Below, in pieces: positions 62,501 to 64,000 of a stretch of 64,000 nt of DNA (within the stretch, counting starts at the first letter, position 1; every line of letters begins with the position of its first letter). Under the pieces are notes generated by a model that was not told where the DNA came from, searched no databases, and saw only the letters and a list, made by a program, of their open reading frames with translations. The position numbers and the translations under genes are program-made. This stretch comes from Escherichia phage NHEP1, in sequence record PQ511146.1, one strand, 5' to 3'.

Positions 62501-63961
62501 ATGGATAGCAGAAGTTCAGAAATCATTACCGCACAAAAAGATGATGCCTTGCGAATGCTGCAGGCCGCTCGCATGTACCTTCTTGAAAAGCTGCCGTTTT
62601 ATGGCACACTGTTGTCAGGGTTGCAGTTCGTAGAAAACCACACATGGTGCTCCACTATGGCAACAGACCATAAACGCATCTACTACAGCCCTGAGTTCAT
62701 TATGGGGTTGGCAGATGAGCGTAAAACCATTCTTAAAGCATCTCTGACTGACAAGCAGTTTGAGATGGCTGAAGTTTTCTATTCCCCAAAATCTGTGAAA
62801 GAGGTGGCCTTTCTTCTGTCACATGAGGTGGGGCATATTATCTGTGATCATCTGGTCCGTGGTAAAAGCTTTGAGCCGGAACTGTTCAATATTGCTTGTG
62901 ATCACGTTATCAACACAGGTCTTGTGGTTGACTTTAGCAAGCCTCCTTGTGTTTTCTTCCCGAAGGGGAAAAGCACTGAGTTCGTAAAAGGTAAGCCTTT
63001 TGGCTTCTTAGCTAATTGCTACTGCGACATGAAGTTTCATGGATGGATTGCGGAGAACGTCTATGCAGTTCTTGATAAACAAAGAGATCAGAATGGCGGT
63101 AAAAGTAAGAACGGTAAAGGTGAGAACTCCCAAGGAGATAAACGACAAACCGATGATCACATGAGCGGGAACGGTGGCACTAGTGATGATCTTGGAAAGG
63201 CTATGGGGTATGATCAGCCGCAACCAGTAATCAGTCAATCGGATAAAGATCAGGCCATGCAGGACTCTGGTGACATGTTGGAAGCAGCAATGCAAGCTTC
63301 AGGAGGTCGTTGCCCCGAGGCGGTGCGCGAGTTTGTCAAAAACAGAGGCAAGCCTGTAATCAATTATATAGATATTATTAAGCAACGTATGTTATCTAAA
63401 AGAAAGGCTGAGTTAACCTACAGAAAACCTGGTCGCCGATCTGGGTCTTTGACCACCACAATGCGAAAAGTTGGAGCTATAAACAAGAATCAACACGTTA
63501 TTGTTCCTGGTCGTAATCCGGAAAACACTATAGATATTGTAGTGGCTTTAGACGTTTCTGGGTCGATCTCACAAAGAACTTTAAAGAAAATGTTCAATGA
63601 GATCACCGGGTTGTGCAATTTGTATAAAGAGTTTAAGGTTACGATGTTCTGTTGGTCAACCGAGGTTGGAGAGGTTAAAGTATACACTCGCGGTAACATC
63701 GATGAGATGATCAACTATGAGGTCCACTCAACATGGGGCACAACAGCCGCCTGCGTGTTCGAGTATCTTGATGCTAACATACCGAATGCAAAAGATGTCA
63801 TCGTCCTTACCGACCTCTACTTTGAGCATAACTTTGAACAAAAGGCTGTTGACAACAAGTGGAAAAAGTACGATACTTTATGGGTTCTCACCGAAGGGTA
63901 TAATAAAAATTATATCCCGAGCTTTGGGAAAACTGTGGAATTAATCGAGTACGCTAAGTAA
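62501..63961 (+). CDS. VWA-domain protein with N-terminal HExxH metallopeptidase-like motif
   Basis: HEVGHIICDH and MIDAS-like DVSGS motifs; ATG 62501 after GGGGCC/GGCCCC hairpin. Confidence 0.7.
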   Translation: MDSRSSEIITAQKDDALRMLQAARMYLLEKLPFYGTLLSGLQFVENHTWCSTMATDHKRIYYSPEFIMGLADERKTILKASLTDKQFEMAEVFYSPKSVKEVAFLLSHEVGHIICDHLVRGKSFEPELFNIACDHVINTGLVVDFSKPPCVFFPKGKSTEFVKGKPFGFLANCYCDMKFHGWIAENVYAVLDKQRDQNGGKSKNGKGENSQGDKRQTDDHMSGNGGTSDDLGKAMGYDQPQPVISQSDKDQAMQDSGDMLEAAMQASGGRCPEAVREFVKNRGKPVINYIDIIKQRMLSKRKAELTYRKPGRRSGSLTTTMRKVGAINKNQHVIVPGRNPENTIDIVVALDVSGSISQRTLKKMFNEITGLCNLYKEFKVTMFCWSTEVGEVKVYTRGNIDEMINYEVHSTWGTTAACVFEYLDANIPNAKDVIVLTDLYFEHNFEQKAVDNKWKKYDTLWVLTEGYNKNYIPSFGKTVELIEYAK

Positions 63962-63976
63962 GAGAGGATGGTATTT

Positions 63977-64000
63977 ATGGCAACAGAGGTAGTAATTAAA
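63977..64000 (+). CDS. Start of a further plus-strand gene (truncated by window end)
   Basis: AGAGAGGA RBS then ATG; only 8 codons visible. Confidence 0.3.

Noticed and set aside
1-64000. Temperate or prophage-like region
   Set aside because: No integrase, recombinase, CI/Cro-like repressor pair or att-like flanks were seen in the window.

Overview
This window looks like part of a large virulent tailed-phage genome (about 42% GC by eye); no integrase or repressor is visible. All calls below come from reading the sequence and the ORF track by eye, with no searches run. Layout: a plus-strand block (1-20.7 kb), a 2.5-kb ORF-poor, repeat-dense convergence zone (20.8-23.3 kb), a long minus-strand block (23.3-61.3 kb), a divergent promoter pair at ~61.4 kb, then plus-strand genes to the window end. 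Recognisable genes: a compact ribonucleotide reductase module (nrdA 3' part, nrdB, glutaredoxin-like, nrdD, nrdG), PhoH, a ClpP-like peptidase, three putative DNA methyltransferases, an HPF/RaiA ribosome-hibernation homolog, a T7-type family A DNA polymerase interrupted by an intein, a TOPRIM/DnaB-type primase-helicase, a Dda/RecD-like helicase, rIIA and rIIB, a secreted SleB/CwlJ-family cell-wall hydrolase, a MoxR-like AAA+ ATPase and a VWA/HExxH protein. Most remaining ORFs are small hypotheticals, including several tandem paralog families. Intergenic DNA carries sigma70-like promoters, many of them followed by GC-clamp stem-loops, plus several families of conserved repeat cassettes. The items I would look at first are the two repeat-dense non-coding hubs (20.8-23.3 kb and 33.6-34.5 kb), the tandem array of small acidic paralogs (10-18 kb), the 408-aa protein ending in the bacterial SSB tail DDDIPF, the macro-domain protein, and the MoxR/VWA pair.
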